Positions 50,507-63,990 of a DNA stretch of 64,000 nucleotides are shown here, in pieces (positions within the stretch are counted from its first letter, which is position 1; each line of letters opens with the position of its first letter). Source of the DNA: a plasmid. Where the stretch lies: sequence record NZ_CP123987.1; one strand, given 5' to 3'. The position numbers and the translations under genes are program-made. The notes under the pieces were generated by a model. That model had not been told where the DNA came from. It saw nothing but the letters and a program-made list of their open reading frames with translations, and ran no database searches.

Positions 50507-51316
50507 TTGGCTATTCTTCCAGAAGCATGGTTTGTTAATTTTATTATTTTAAGTGTGCTTCTAATTCTCTTACTTGCTTGTTTGTCAGCAACGGCAAGAA
50601 GACTTAGAGACGTTGGATATAGTGGTTGGTTTACTTTCCTATCTTTTATTCCTTATTGTGTAGGACTTATAATACTTTTATTTTTCACAACAAAACCCTC
50701 TAAAAAAGAAAACAATAAGTACATAGAAGATACACAATCTAATTTGGGCAAGTTTCTTATGCAATCGAATAGATCATTTATTGGTTCTTTATTAGTATTA
50801 GCTTTATTATTTGGTGCTATTGGCGCAACAGATACTGATAATAACAGTGGAAATAACAATAGTTCTTTTGCTGCGAATAAACACAGTTCAAAGCATAAGA
50901 ATAATAGCAGTCGCCATAAAAAGAAAAGTAGTTCTTCAAGTAAAAAGGATGAAGATAAACATGAAAGTAGTAGTTCTTCTGAAAATTCTAGTTCATCTAG
51001 CGTAGTAGAAGATTATCATCCTATAACTTATGATGAATTAGCTCGTAATCCCCAAAGTCATATGAGTGAGCATATTCAAGTTTCTGGTAGTGTAGTACAG
51101 GTTGTAGAGAGTTCTAAAGCGTTACTCGTAGACTTAAATGATGACCCAGACCAAGCAGTTATTGTAAGAATGTTAAAGAGTAATAATAATAACCGTATTT
51201 TAGAAGGTGATTGGGTAAACATTCAAGGAACCAGTGTTGGAACAATAGATTATAAAACTGTAATGGGAAACACAAGAACTGTTCCTGCTATTACCACTAC
51301 AAATATAACAAGATAA
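50507..51316 (+). CDS. DUF805-domain membrane protein, apparently 5'-truncated, with Ser/Asn/Lys-rich low-complexity region and C-terminal domain
   Basis: Contains only the C-terminal half of a DUF805 domain (ATARRLRDVGYSGW). The only available start is a TTG abutting the rpsN-like remnant. Confidence 0.5.
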   Translation: MAILPEAWFVNFIILSVLLILLLACLSATARRLRDVGYSGWFTFLSFIPYCVGLIILLFFTTKPSKKENNKYIEDTQSNLGKFLMQSNRSFIGSLLVLALLFGAIGATDTDNNSGNNNSSFAANKHSSKHKNNSSRHKKKSSSSSKKDEDKHESSSSSENSSSSSVVEDYHPITYDELARNPQSHMSEHIQVSGSVVQVVESSKALLVDLNDDPDQAVIVRMLKSNNNNRILEGDWVNIQGTSVGTIDYKTVMGNTRTVPAITTTNITR

Positions 51317-51399
51317 ATAACCATACAGGTATTGGTTCTGATGAGCTAATACCTATTTTTGTATGCAAATATGCCTGTTAGACGTACTTTAAGCATAAG

Positions 51400-51915
51400 T
51401 TCAAGTTATAATATGAATAAATCTCACAAAATGAGTTGCCAGATAAAATTATAAAACTTAGCTTTAATCGTTATAATACACGGAAAGATAAGTATGGGTT
51501 TAAGAGAAATTTAAAGATATATCAAGCTAACAAAATTCAACTATCATCAAAGTTAGATAAACTAGCTAAAACGCCTAGTAGACGTCAATAACAAATTCAA
51601 GTTAATCAAACTTGGAATTATTATAAAGAAAAAATAAAAGAAAACCTCTCTAGTGATGAAGGACAGGCCATTTATCGTCGTCGTAAGTATGATGTAGAAC
51701 CTGTTTTTGGTCGTATGAAGAGGAATTTTGGTGTGCGAAGAACACATCTTAGAGGACAAAAATCCGTTGAAAACGATATAGGATTAGTTTTAATGAGTAT
51801 GAATTTAGTAAAATGATAGCTCAGTTTAGTGCTAGATATATAGAATATATAAAAATTCGACTCCAAATTTTGAATTATTCAGAATTTTGGAGTCGAATTA
51901 TTTTTTAGGAGCTAG
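51400..51915 (+). mobile_element. IS1182/IS5-type transposase 3' remnant with terminal hairpin
   Basis: The last about 70 codons read ...YRRRKYDVEPVFGRMKRNFGVRRTHLRGQKSVENDIGLVLMSMNLVK*, the conserved C-terminal block of IS1182-family transposases. Upstream frames are broken. The inverted repeat AATTCGACTCCAAA...TTTGGAGTCGAATT lies at 51866-51912. Confidence 0.6.
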
Positions 51916-52055
51916 AAATCAATAGTTTTTTCATCCTCTTTATCAGTATATTATACATTATATTTTATTTATTTATATTATGGTAATTCATTAACACAAT
52001 GTTATTGTTTATCTTTTGTGATAGTTTAAAGATATCTCATTCCTACATTTAGATT

Positions 52056-53810
52056 CTACTTTCCACCAAATATTTTCCCAAAGAATCCTTTTTTCTTTTT
52101 ATTTCTCTCATCCATTGCGTCAACCACTTGTTTAACTAGATCTTTTTGTAAATCCATTTGAATTTGTGCTTGCATCTTAACTTGCCTATATGTTTCCTCT
52201 TTCTTATCAGTAATTCCGTGAGTATCCTCATACTTTTTGCGAAGAACAGGCTCTCCCATCCATTTATCGAAGTTATCTACATCGATCATGAATCCAGAAG
52301 TACCATACTTACTACTATCAGAAATTTCATACTTACGCGGAAGATTATTATAGTACAACCCCATCTGTGAACTACCATTATTTTTATTGGTCCCATCTGA
52401 CAATTTATTAAACGCTTGTTTATTAAATTGTGCTTGTAGCTGCTTTCTATAAAAGAAAAATCGTCTGGTTCTTTTACCTGTTCTATTAACATATGCCAAT
52501 CTGACTTACCTCTATATAAAGCATAGTCATAGTTATCTTTTTCAAAAAATTTCTCAATTTCTTGAAAAAGATCATATTTAACAAGTAAGTCCTTTAAGAT
52601 TTTCTTAATTGGATACAAAAAGTCTGCCTGAATTTTTATAGCATCCTCTTCTGAAATATCTTTAAAATATTCTTCCAATAATTGTTGGCATAAGTAATAT
52701 AGATCAGAGTCAGCACGATTTAGTAGTTCATCTACTTTCAAATCTCCTTCTTTACTGTTACCTTTAAATGATGATTCAAAAGATAAGAACCAAATACGTC
52801 TTGCAATTTCATGACGATTAGATACAACGCCCTTAGAATCATCCTCTTTATTCATTGTAAATATTGCAGTAGGCATTGGGCCAGTTATAGAGTTTGAATT
52901 GCGTTTAATCATATCTTCAAAATATTGTCTAGTTGTTAAATCAGGACGAACATCATCAATCATTAATGGACTAACTGGACCTGATGTTTGTAAATATTCA
53001 TTAATAACATCACTTATTGCTTTGTTAACATATTTATTTCTTTCTTCAAACTCACCACTACCCGTAAAATTTAGTGCACCTGTCAACTTAGCGGCTAATC
53101 TTCTACCTAATGTCGATTTTCCCGTCTTACCTTGTCCAATCAAAGCAACTGCTATTGGAACATCTTCTCTATGTTTGCTTTTATCCGCTAAATCATATAA
53201 ATCTCTTACCCTCCAAATAAAAGGTGCTTCATATAAATATAATAAAAATCCTAACGTCTGCCATCCTTCTCCTGATAACTTATACGTATCATACTCGTTG
53301 ACAATATCGCAGAATAATTGTAATTTTTCTTTTAATTCTTCATCACTCAATGAAACTTGTTTTAAAACTTGACCACCTTCGCCTACTTTGGATGCAGTAA
53401 ATAATTTTTCAAATTCATTATTCCAAATTAAAGCTGGTTTAGGGAAATAATCCACATCATTTTTTTTCTTAGATGATTTTTTTGAATTTTCTTGATACTC
53501 AATAATTTGATTTAAGTTTAAGATTTCACTAGTAGCTTTCTTTAAGGTCTTTTCTTTTCTCAGATTACCTAGTTCTGTAAATAACTTAATTGTTTGATTA
53601 ACAGTTACAGCTTCCTTTTTACCTAAATTGCCATTTTGAATTTCCTTAGTTGTATCATTTAAATACACTTTTACTTCATCAGAAGGAAAGTTTACCTTTT
53701 CATCTGTATCGGCAGAATTACTTAACATATTGATAGAATCAGTGTACACATTAAGCTGTGTTTGTTTTGAATTATCTTTTACAAGAAAACCTTTTAAGCG
53801 TTTTGAATCT
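52056..53810 (-). pseudogene. C-terminal part of a VirE/primase-associated P-loop ATPase gene, internally frameshifted
   Basis: Walker A motif VALIGQGKTGKST. The reading frame switches between the 52286..53836 and 52056..52499 ORFs at an A5 tract near 52452-52460; one extra A gives a continuous ...EPDDFFFYRKQLQAQFNK... frame. The N-terminus is continuous with 55328..55650 across the IS3 insertion. Confidence 0.65.
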
Positions 53811-53867
53811 TGAAGTGCCTTACAATTGTTAGACAAAGTCTAGCGATTGTGAGGTGCTTTTTTCGTA

Positions 53868-54385
53868 TGACTAAATATACTCAAAAATTCAAATTAGATC
53901 TTATTCAGGAATACCTAGATACTGGCTGTTCACAACGATGGATAGAAAATAAGTATTCTTTACCAAAGGATACCTTAAAAAAATGGTGGACTGTATACAA
54001 TTTAAAAGGACCCGAAGGGTTGAAATTACGACATTTCAAACGTAAATTTACTGTTGATTTTAAACTTCGTGTGATAAACTACTACCTAAATAATGATGTT
54101 TCAATGTCCAAAGTGGCAGCTTCCCATAATCTTTTGTGTTCACAGATATCTATCTGGTTGAAGTTGTTTATGGAAGGTGGATCTGAGGCCTTGAAACCCA
54201 AGAAGAAAGGTAGGCCAAGTAAGATGTCAAAAATGACAAAGAAGGATGCACGCAAAATCTTAAAAAAGGAAAGTGATGAAATTGCGGCACTAAAGAGTGA
54301 ATTACGTCAAGTCAAAATGGAGCGTGATATCTTAAAAAAATCGTTGACCCTGTTCGGACCCTCAAAGCCAAGGAGAAAACAATAA
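53868..54385 (+). CDS. IS3 OrfA (HTH transposase subunit)
   Basis: MTKYTQKFKLDLIQEY... with HTH and leucine zipper. RBS GAGGTG. Ends after the slippery A7. Confidence 0.8.
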
Positions 54386-55285
54386 TTGTGGATCAGATCA
54401 GGGTGGACCAACAAAACTTGCCCAAAAAGGAACGATATGGGATTGGTGAGCTTCTAAAAACGATTGACTTGAAGCGACCAACCTATTACGATGAACGCAA
54501 ACGTATCATCAATAAAAATGATAAGTATGCTGATGTTAAGGTGGTAATCAAGGAAATAGCGGAAAAAGGTAAATGGAGAGGTTCTTACACATACGGCTAT
54601 CGCCGTATAATGCCACTTCTTGAAAAAGCTGGATATCACATGGCTGAAGCCACTTTACGTCGCCTAATGAACGAATTAGGTGTACAACCAGCTATGTATA
54701 ATCGTCGTAAAAATAATCACTATTCTTCTTATAAAGGTACAGTTGGTAAGGTAGCTGATAACTTGTTAAACCAAACATTTGATGCTACATCTCCTTTTAC
54801 CGTTCTTCATACGGATGTTTCACAGGTACGTCTAGGTGATTCGACCTGGGCTTACATGTCAGTCATTTTAGATCAAGCTACCAAGGAAGTTTTAGCCGCT
54901 TCTGTTAGCCAAAGCCCAAATAAATTGTTGATTATGGATACATTAAACCAGCTTGAGGATAACCTCCCTAATAACTTTAGTCCAATTATCCATTCTGACC
55001 AAGGATGGCACTACCAATTAGAATATTACCGTGAAAAGATTGATTCGTTAAGTTTAATTCAAAGTATGTCCCGCAAGGGAAACTGCCTAGATAATGCCCC
55101 CAATGGAAAGCTTTTTCTATCTTTTTAAAGTTGAATCACAGCCTGAAATAAAGAAATGTAAGAGTATTTCTCAGTTCACACATTTCTTTAACAAGTATGT
55201 CAATTGGTACAATAATGACCGAATTTCCAATAAAACAAAAAACATGAGTCCGGTTGATTACCGAACCCATGTCTTAGCTGCTTAA
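54334..55285 (+). pseudogene. IS3 OrfB (DDE transposase) with extra C in a C-run near 55095-55102
   Basis: DDE region HSDQGWHYQ. The frame breaks at CLDNAPNGKLFLSF*. Reading GCCCC as GCCC restores CLDNAPMESFFYLFKVE...YNNDRISNKTKNMSPVDYR, the canonical IS3 C-terminus. Confidence 0.75.
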
Positions 55286-55327
55286 AAATATTTTATTTTT
55301 GTCTAACTTTTTTGTTGCACTTCATCT

Positions 55328-55872
55328 AGATATGTAGCAGAATTTTTCTTTATATCATCATACATTTGCTTATACAATTGATATAAATCATCATTTTTAC
55401 TTCCATAATCCCATATCAATTGCTCAAAGTTCTTTGACACTGCAGTTTCAGTTAAATTCATTGAACCTGTAAAACATTGATAAGTATTTTGTTCTTTATT
55501 TTCCATCAAGTAAACTTTAGAATGGATCAACTTATCTTTAGTAAATCGCAATCTTAAAGAGCCATCTAATATTCTTTTGGCAAATTCACTTTCCAAATTA
55601 TTTTCAACATAATTTACCCACGAAACACGCTTATCCATCAATTCCTGCATTCTTTATCCAATAGAATTATTACCATTATCTGATAGGCCTAGAATTAACT
55701 CTATATCTTGATAAAATGGTAACAACTTTTCTTCAATAAATTTTATAGATGAAACAAAACTTACTCCATAAAAACAATCATTCTCTTCTTTCCTACTTAA
55801 TTCCCAGAAATTTCCATCTGAATATAATTTATTTTTTTCTCTATCTAGGATTTGCAATGTCATTCTGCTCAC
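55328..55872 (-). pseudogene. 5' part of the IS3-interrupted VirE/primase-like gene (two same-frame ORFs separated by TAA at 55654-55656)
   Basis: The 55303..55650 ORF reads ...KKNSATYLD, then 6 codons of IS3 terminal repeat and a stop. After removing IS3 plus one TSD copy, the frame continues as ...ATYLDSKRLKGFLVKDNSKQ... into 52056..53810. Confidence 0.6.
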
Positions 55873-56038
55873 ACCCTTTCTTTTCTTATTTAATCGTTTG
55901 TTTATACACTAGACTCTTAACATAGCTTTCTTTGTCATTATAAACTTTTTTGTTTACTTTTTCATATTTAACTTCTTGTTATAATATAGATAGTTAAATA
56001 TTAATTTTGGTTCGTTATTTAAAAGGGGGGAAGTTACA

Positions 56039-56206
56039 TGACATATTTTTGGATTAGAACAATTGCTGGTATCCTAGTAGTAGCTACCATTTCTACATCA
56101 TACTATTTAAAAACCGGACACGCCTGGATTTTTATTGTTGTGGTAATATCTGCCCTAATAGAAATTCCTTTATCTTACTATCAGGAAAAGAAGAAAAATA
56201 AATAGC
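56039..56206 (+). CDS. Unannotated 55-aa small membrane protein
   Basis: Strong RBS AAAGGGGGGAAG before ATG. MTYFWIRTIAGILVVATISTSYYLKTGHAWIFIVVVISALIEIPLSYYQEKKKNK. Terminator follows. Confidence 0.5.
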
Positions 56207-56242
56207 CCAAAAGTTCAATAAACTTTCAGGCTATTTATTAAA
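56204..56242. terminator. Bidirectional terminator
   Basis: AAATAGCCCAAAAGTT-CAAT-AAACTTTCAGGCTATTT, about 16-bp stem. Confidence 0.75.
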
Positions 56243-56735
56243 AATTCCATTCCCAAAAAGCATTGCCATTCGCTACAATAAACATCTCTAACCATTTTAG
56301 AAAAGTACATTTAAAACACTTATCCATTTCCATACCTGGATAAGTTAAATAATCCTTTTTTTGCTTATAATTTCTGATATTGATACACATTTCACCATAA
56401 TCACGGAAAAGTAGTATAGGAATTAAGTCTTTATCTATTGATTCTTGATATCTTTGTAAAATTTCCTGTCCAGAATAAATTTTACAAACAGGTCCACCTA
56501 ATTCCATACCTTTGAATTCATCTTCGAATAAATTCAATCCATTAGTATACCTTAGTAGTTCAATTACTTCATCAGGTAAATTAAGTTCAATAAGTTTATT
56601 TGCTACATCATTAGGAATTTTATCAAAAAAAGTTATTCTAAAATTAAATACTCCACCAAAATCAGTGACAGGATATTTCTTATTTCCATTATCTGATATT
56701 TCTTTCAACATCGAAATAATACTTTCAGCTGTCAT
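56238..56735 (-). CDS. SMI1/KNR4 (SUKH-1) family protein, immunity-protein-like
   Basis: 165 aa with the LPDEVIELLRYTNGLNLF segment and C-terminal aromatic pattern typical of SMI1_KNR4 domains. Family call by pattern. Confidence 0.5.
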   Translation of the reverse strand: MTAESIISMLKEISDNGNKKYPVTDFGGVFNFRITFFDKIPNDVANKLIELNLPDEVIELLRYTNGLNLFEDEFKGMELGGPVCKIYSGQEILQRYQESIDKDLIPILLFRDYGEMCINIRNYKQKKDYLTYPGMEMDKCFKCTFLKWLEMFIVANGNAFWEWNF

Positions 56736-56899
56736 ATTATCCCCTCTCTAATTTAAATAAACATATCTCTTCCTATTATATATAATAAATTTCAGAGTGT
56801 AAGGTTAGTCTATAAAAATAAATTTTTAATTCATAAACATTATAGATATACATAATGTAAAAAACACATAACATTACCACAATGTATAATGTTATGTGT

Positions 56900-57400
56900 T
56901 TTTGATACTATTTTTACACTTCGAACATTATATTGTGCTCGAGGTGTAAAAATAGTCTTTTTTATACAGACTATTTTTACACTCCGAATAGATTCTGTCC
57001 CTTTTCCCTGTATTTCCTTACATTCCAACTTCTTTTTTTAGCTCTATTTAGACTATTCTTACACTTCGAAGTGGTCAATATGACCATTTCGGAGTGGAAA
57101 AATATCTTATTCCCCTTTTTCTTTTATTTTAAAAGACTATTCTTACACTTCGAACATTATATTGTTGCAAAAAAGGCCTTAAATTGCGCGTGTAAGCCTT
57201 GACATATCAAGATTCTTCAATTTTAATAAAATTATCAATTATATACTAAAGTGTTCTTTTCTCACTGTTATTAGATTTCTTGTGATTCGCATAATTACAA
57301 GCTTTATCTATGTAAAAAGTGCATAAGACCGGGATTGGTTTATGTCGAGGTGTAAAAATAGTCTGTAATGTATATCTATTTTTTCGCTGTGTAAGAATGG
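56900..57400. repeat. Iteron-like repeat array (7 copies of AGACTATT(T/C)TTACAC(T)TCGAA in both orientations)
   Basis: Copies at about 56906, 56945 (reverse complement), 56965, 57049, 57137, 57347 (reverse complement) and 57383 (reverse complement). Immediately upstream of a Rep_3-type rep gene. Confidence 0.7.
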
Positions 57401-57524
57401 TCTATAAATTCATTCAATTATATTGTAATTATTAATTCTATATGATTATAATAAACATAATGATAATTTATAGATGTTTCTATGATAATTCTTAGTTACA
57501 TCTTGTGTATTGTGAGGTGTTTGT

Positions 57525-58289
57525 ATGTCTAAAGAACCTGTTGTCCAACAGGAAATTGTAACAGCCTTCCCTAATACCAAGGAAGTTCGTTACGATAATG
57601 AATTAAACCGTATTCCTATTGGGTTTATGAATGAAAGTGAACAGAATATTTTCTTCGCTATCCTAAGTCAGGTTAAAGAAACTAGTGAAAGAAAGACCAA
57701 ATTATCTTTTACTCAAATTCGTGAATTAGCAAGTTTTCAGAAGACTTCAAACAAAGAGTTAATCAAGTCTCTTGATAATATGACAACAAAACTAGCCTCT
57801 TTAAATGTTCGAATCCATAACCAACAACAAATTATTAAGTTTACCCTATTCCCAACTTTTCAAATAGATGGGGATCAGCAAACTCTAACTGTTGCTGTTA
57901 ACGAAGATTTTCGCTATATCGTTAATGATTTAGCCAAAGGATTCGTAACTAACTTTGACATTGAAGAATTTACTTCTATCAAATCTAAATATGCGAAAAC
58001 AGCTTTTCGTTTAGCTAGAGAACACGAAAATGAAGTCTTTGATGTTGTATTAAAGGATTTTAAAGAACTTTTCTCTATTCCTAAATCTTATCGACCAACG
58101 GATATCAATAGATTAATTTTAACAAAAGTTAGTAAAATCCTACAGGAGTATTTTACTGTTTTTGAAATTACACCTGTACAAGATGAAAAAGGTAAAGCTC
58201 ATCGAATTATAGCTTACCGTTTTAATATTGGAAAACGTATTTTAAGAAATCTTGACGAACCACGTCAAATTTCATTATTGGATGACTAA
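57525..58289 (+). CDS. repB: Plasmid replication initiator, Rep_3 (RepB) family
   Basis: 254 aa. The N-terminal pattern ...NELNRIPIGFMNESEQNIFFAILSQV... is typical of Rep_3 initiators of theta plasmids. Preceded by iterons. Confidence 0.7.
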   Translation: MSKEPVVQQEIVTAFPNTKEVRYDNELNRIPIGFMNESEQNIFFAILSQVKETSERKTKLSFTQIRELASFQKTSNKELIKSLDNMTTKLASLNVRIHNQQQIIKFTLFPTFQIDGDQQTLTVAVNEDFRYIVNDLAKGFVTNFDIEEFTSIKSKYAKTAFRLAREHENEVFDVVLKDFKELFSIPKSYRPTDINRLILTKVSKILQEYFTVFEITPVQDEKGKAHRIIAYRFNIGKRILRNLDEPRQISLLDD

Positions 58290-58573
58290 ATAAAAAAGCC
58301 CCTACCGACCAAAGTAAGGAGCTTAGAAACTGTATGTGACCAGCATACAGTAAAATCTCAGTCAAGTACCACCAAGACTAAGAACAAATAATTAATATCA
58401 AACTTACGATAGCTCTTTATAAAAGTTAATTAAGCACCACCAAAATTAACTTGAGTTTTTTGCACTCATTTTTCGCTATCTATGTTTCTAATTATAGCAT
58501 TATTATGTCTTTTTTTCATCATTTTTAGTCTTGTGTGTACTTCAAATATTTTTTATGGAAGGAAGTTTACACA

Positions 58574-59566
58574 ATGAAAAGTCTTACATCTCGTGCATTT
58601 TTACCAATAAACACTGATTTATTCAACAATCCTAAGTATCAAGAATTAAGTTGCGATGCTATGGTTTTATATTCACTATATTCTCAAAGAAAAGAAGTAT
58701 CTGCTTTTCATTCTCAAACCGGTAATGACACTTTTACAGATTCAGAAGGTATTTTTATCTATTTTTCTAATGACGAAGCTTCAAAAATCCTTCGTATGTC
58801 TGTAAGAAAAATCTCTACTTTACGCTCTCAACTTATTGACTGTGGCCTAATAAGTGTTGTTCGTCATGGTCTTAAGAATTTTAAGATCTATGTAAATACA
58901 CCAGAAACAACTCCGGCTGAAACAGATCTTGTTTTGCCTTGGGCCAATTTTGACTTTGAAAAGCCTATTAAATCCGTTCCTGCAAATTCTGCTAGTACGA
59001 AGTCGCAAAAATTGCCTATAAATCAATCTAACAATAATCAAACCAAATTATTATTATCAAAAGAATCAAATGAATCAGTACCACAAAATCAGAGTAATAC
59101 TCCGGTTACACCTAAAAAATCCGAAAAAGATGGTTTAAATGATCTATCTTTAGATTCAATTATTACAAGACTTAAAGATACATTTAGTCTTCCTGTAGTT
59201 TCTAGATTGAAAGTATTAGCAAACAATTCATATACAAAATTAAAATGGTTTAGTGACACTATTTTTAAAGCTAAAAGTCAAGTAACTAAAAAATTATTAT
59301 CTAATGCTAAATGGCTATATAATCCTGCTAGTCAAGAAGCAACTCATTTTGAATCCAACGAGTTGTTAAAACGAGGATTGGAATCTGCTTTACTTCAGAT
59401 TGCTGAAATAGTCTATAAGGGTAAAGAAAAAGTACAAAATGAAGCCAAGTTTATTTATGTTTACTTACGTAATTTTATGGCAAATGCAGTAAAACAATAT
59501 TTGATAGACAATTATGAATTAACTGAGGATGATGAAATAGATTTGAATTTATTATTAAGATTCTAA
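58574..59566 (+). CDS. RepA_N-family replication-initiator-like protein
   Basis: The F.PIN..LF.....ELS.DA..LY.L...R...S.....GN........G..Y...S..E...IL..S..KI......L...GLI signature matches RepA_N. Start chosen at MKSLTS after RBS GGAAGGAAG. Confidence 0.6.
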   Translation: MKSLTSRAFLPINTDLFNNPKYQELSCDAMVLYSLYSQRKEVSAFHSQTGNDTFTDSEGIFIYFSNDEASKILRMSVRKISTLRSQLIDCGLISVVRHGLKNFKIYVNTPETTPAETDLVLPWANFDFEKPIKSVPANSASTKSQKLPINQSNNNQTKLLLSKESNESVPQNQSNTPVTPKKSEKDGLNDLSLDSIITRLKDTFSLPVVSRLKVLANNSYTKLKWFSDTIFKAKSQVTKKLLSNAKWLYNPASQEATHFESNELLKRGLESALLQIAEIVYKGKEKVQNEAKFIYVYLRNFMANAVKQYLIDNYELTEDDEIDLNLLLRF

Positions 59567-59616
59567 AAAAAGAACCTGTAATCATACAGATTCTTCTGGA
59601 AAACTTTTATATTAAA

Positions 59617-62969
<3,353 letters not shown>

Positions 62970-62987
62970 TATAAAATCCTCCATTTG

Positions 62988-63035
62988 AATTTAGTAAATG
63001 AAGGTTTAGCCAACTGAATGTAACTATCCAATAAT
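62988..63035 (-). promoter_or_regulatory. RAT element overlapping a terminator (BglG/LicT antitermination target)
   Basis: On the minus strand, GGATAGTTACATTCAGTTGGCTAAACC resembles the RAT consensus GGATTGTTACTG.....GGCAAAACC. It overlaps the hairpin CCTTCATTT...AAATGGAGG. Confidence 0.6.
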
Positions 63036-63041
63036 GATTTA

Positions 63042-63890
63042 CTAATCTGTATTTGTGTGTCTAATTAATTTTTCAATATGTATAGTTAGATAGATTAATT
63101 CATCACTTGCGAGTTCACAATGATATTCGTTTTGTATAAATTCCAGCACCTTTTTAGCAGCCTGGTAGGCCTCAGGATATTGAAGACTAATCATATCAAG
63201 CATAGAAGAATCATTTTTCTCTACAGATATTTGTTTAGAAAAAATTCTTTGTGCTAAATAACGTAAGTGAGTTATAAAGCGATAATAATAAGCTGAGTGC
63301 TCATTAATTTCTTGATGACAAGCATATTTTAGAATTTGAATTACTTTTTGGATAAACTGTGTCAATCCATCTAAATCGTCAATAGTCTGATTCATTTGTG
63401 CTTCTACAATATGCATTGTAATAAAACCTGCCTCATCTTCAGGTAGTTTAATTCCAAATTGTTGATTAATAATATCTAGTGCTTCTTTACCGACTTTGAA
63501 TTCTTCAGGATAGAATCTTTTAATTTTCCAAAGTAAATTATTTTTTAATTCAATACCAGAATTATATCGTTCTAATGCACTATGGATATGGTCACTAAGA
63601 GCAATAACTTTTGAGTCACTAACTTTGGTATTAAAAATATCTTCGGCATAATTTAAAATCTGGGTGGCAACCCTAATATCTTCTAAAGAAATATTGGATA
63701 ATAATTGAGAGACTGAAGATTCTTCATTATCTGATGAACTAAGAGAAAAACGTTTTTCAATTAAATTTTCATCGATATTATTTCCAGGTCGTTGTTTGAA
63801 ACCTAATCCTCTACCCATCAAAATAATTTCTTGATTATTTTGATCGAGAGTAATGACAATATTATTATTAATAACTTTAAAAATTTTCAT
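63042..63890 (-). CDS. licT: BglG/LicT-family transcription antiterminator
   Basis: CAT RNA-binding N-terminus (MKIFKVINNNIV) and two PRD domains. Strong RBS AAAGGAGGA. Confidence 0.85.
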   Translation of the reverse strand: MKIFKVINNNIVITLDQNNQEIILMGRGLGFKQRPGNNIDENLIEKRFSLSSSDNEESSVSQLLSNISLEDIRVATQILNYAEDIFNTKVSDSKVIALSDHIHSALERYNSGIELKNNLLWKIKRFYPEEFKVGKEALDIINQQFGIKLPEDEAGFITMHIVEAQMNQTIDDLDGLTQFIQKVIQILKYACHQEINEHSAYYYRFITHLRYLAQRIFSKQISVEKNDSSMLDMISLQYPEAYQAAKKVLEFIQNEYHCELASDELIYLTIHIEKLIRHTNTD

Positions 63891-63932
63891 GGTATCCTCC
63901 TTTCTGAATAGTAATAAAAAAACCAATATACA

Positions 63933-63990
63933 TCTTTGTAGAGACTACAACAAAAAAGATGTATATTGGTTTAGCTTACCCAAGCGCAAT
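63933..63990 (-). terminator. Hairpin plus T-run upstream of licT (terminator of the preceding gene or second RAT/terminator)
   Basis: AACCAATATACATCTT...AAGATGTATATTGGTT 16-bp stem followed on the minus strand by TTTTTTTATT. Confidence 0.55.

Larger units (their letters stand above)
53811..55324 (+). mobile_element. IS3-family insertion sequence (1514 bp) with 3-bp TSD TCT
   Basis: Terminal inverted repeats TGAAGTGCC...TTAGACAAAG and its mate ...TTTGTCTAAC...GCACTTCA. OrfA and OrfB lie in a -1 frame relationship with an A7 slippery run at 54337-54343. Flanking TCT at 53808-53810 and 55325-55327. Confidence 0.8.

Noticed and set aside
51562-51866. Two minus-strand ORFs (51562..51759, 51672..51866)
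   Set aside because: They are antisense to the IS1182-type transposase remnant, which has the conserved motif on the plus strand.
55094-55285. 63-aa ORF as an independent gene
   Set aside because: It is the canonical C-terminus of IS3 OrfB read in the frame reached after the extra C, not a separate gene.
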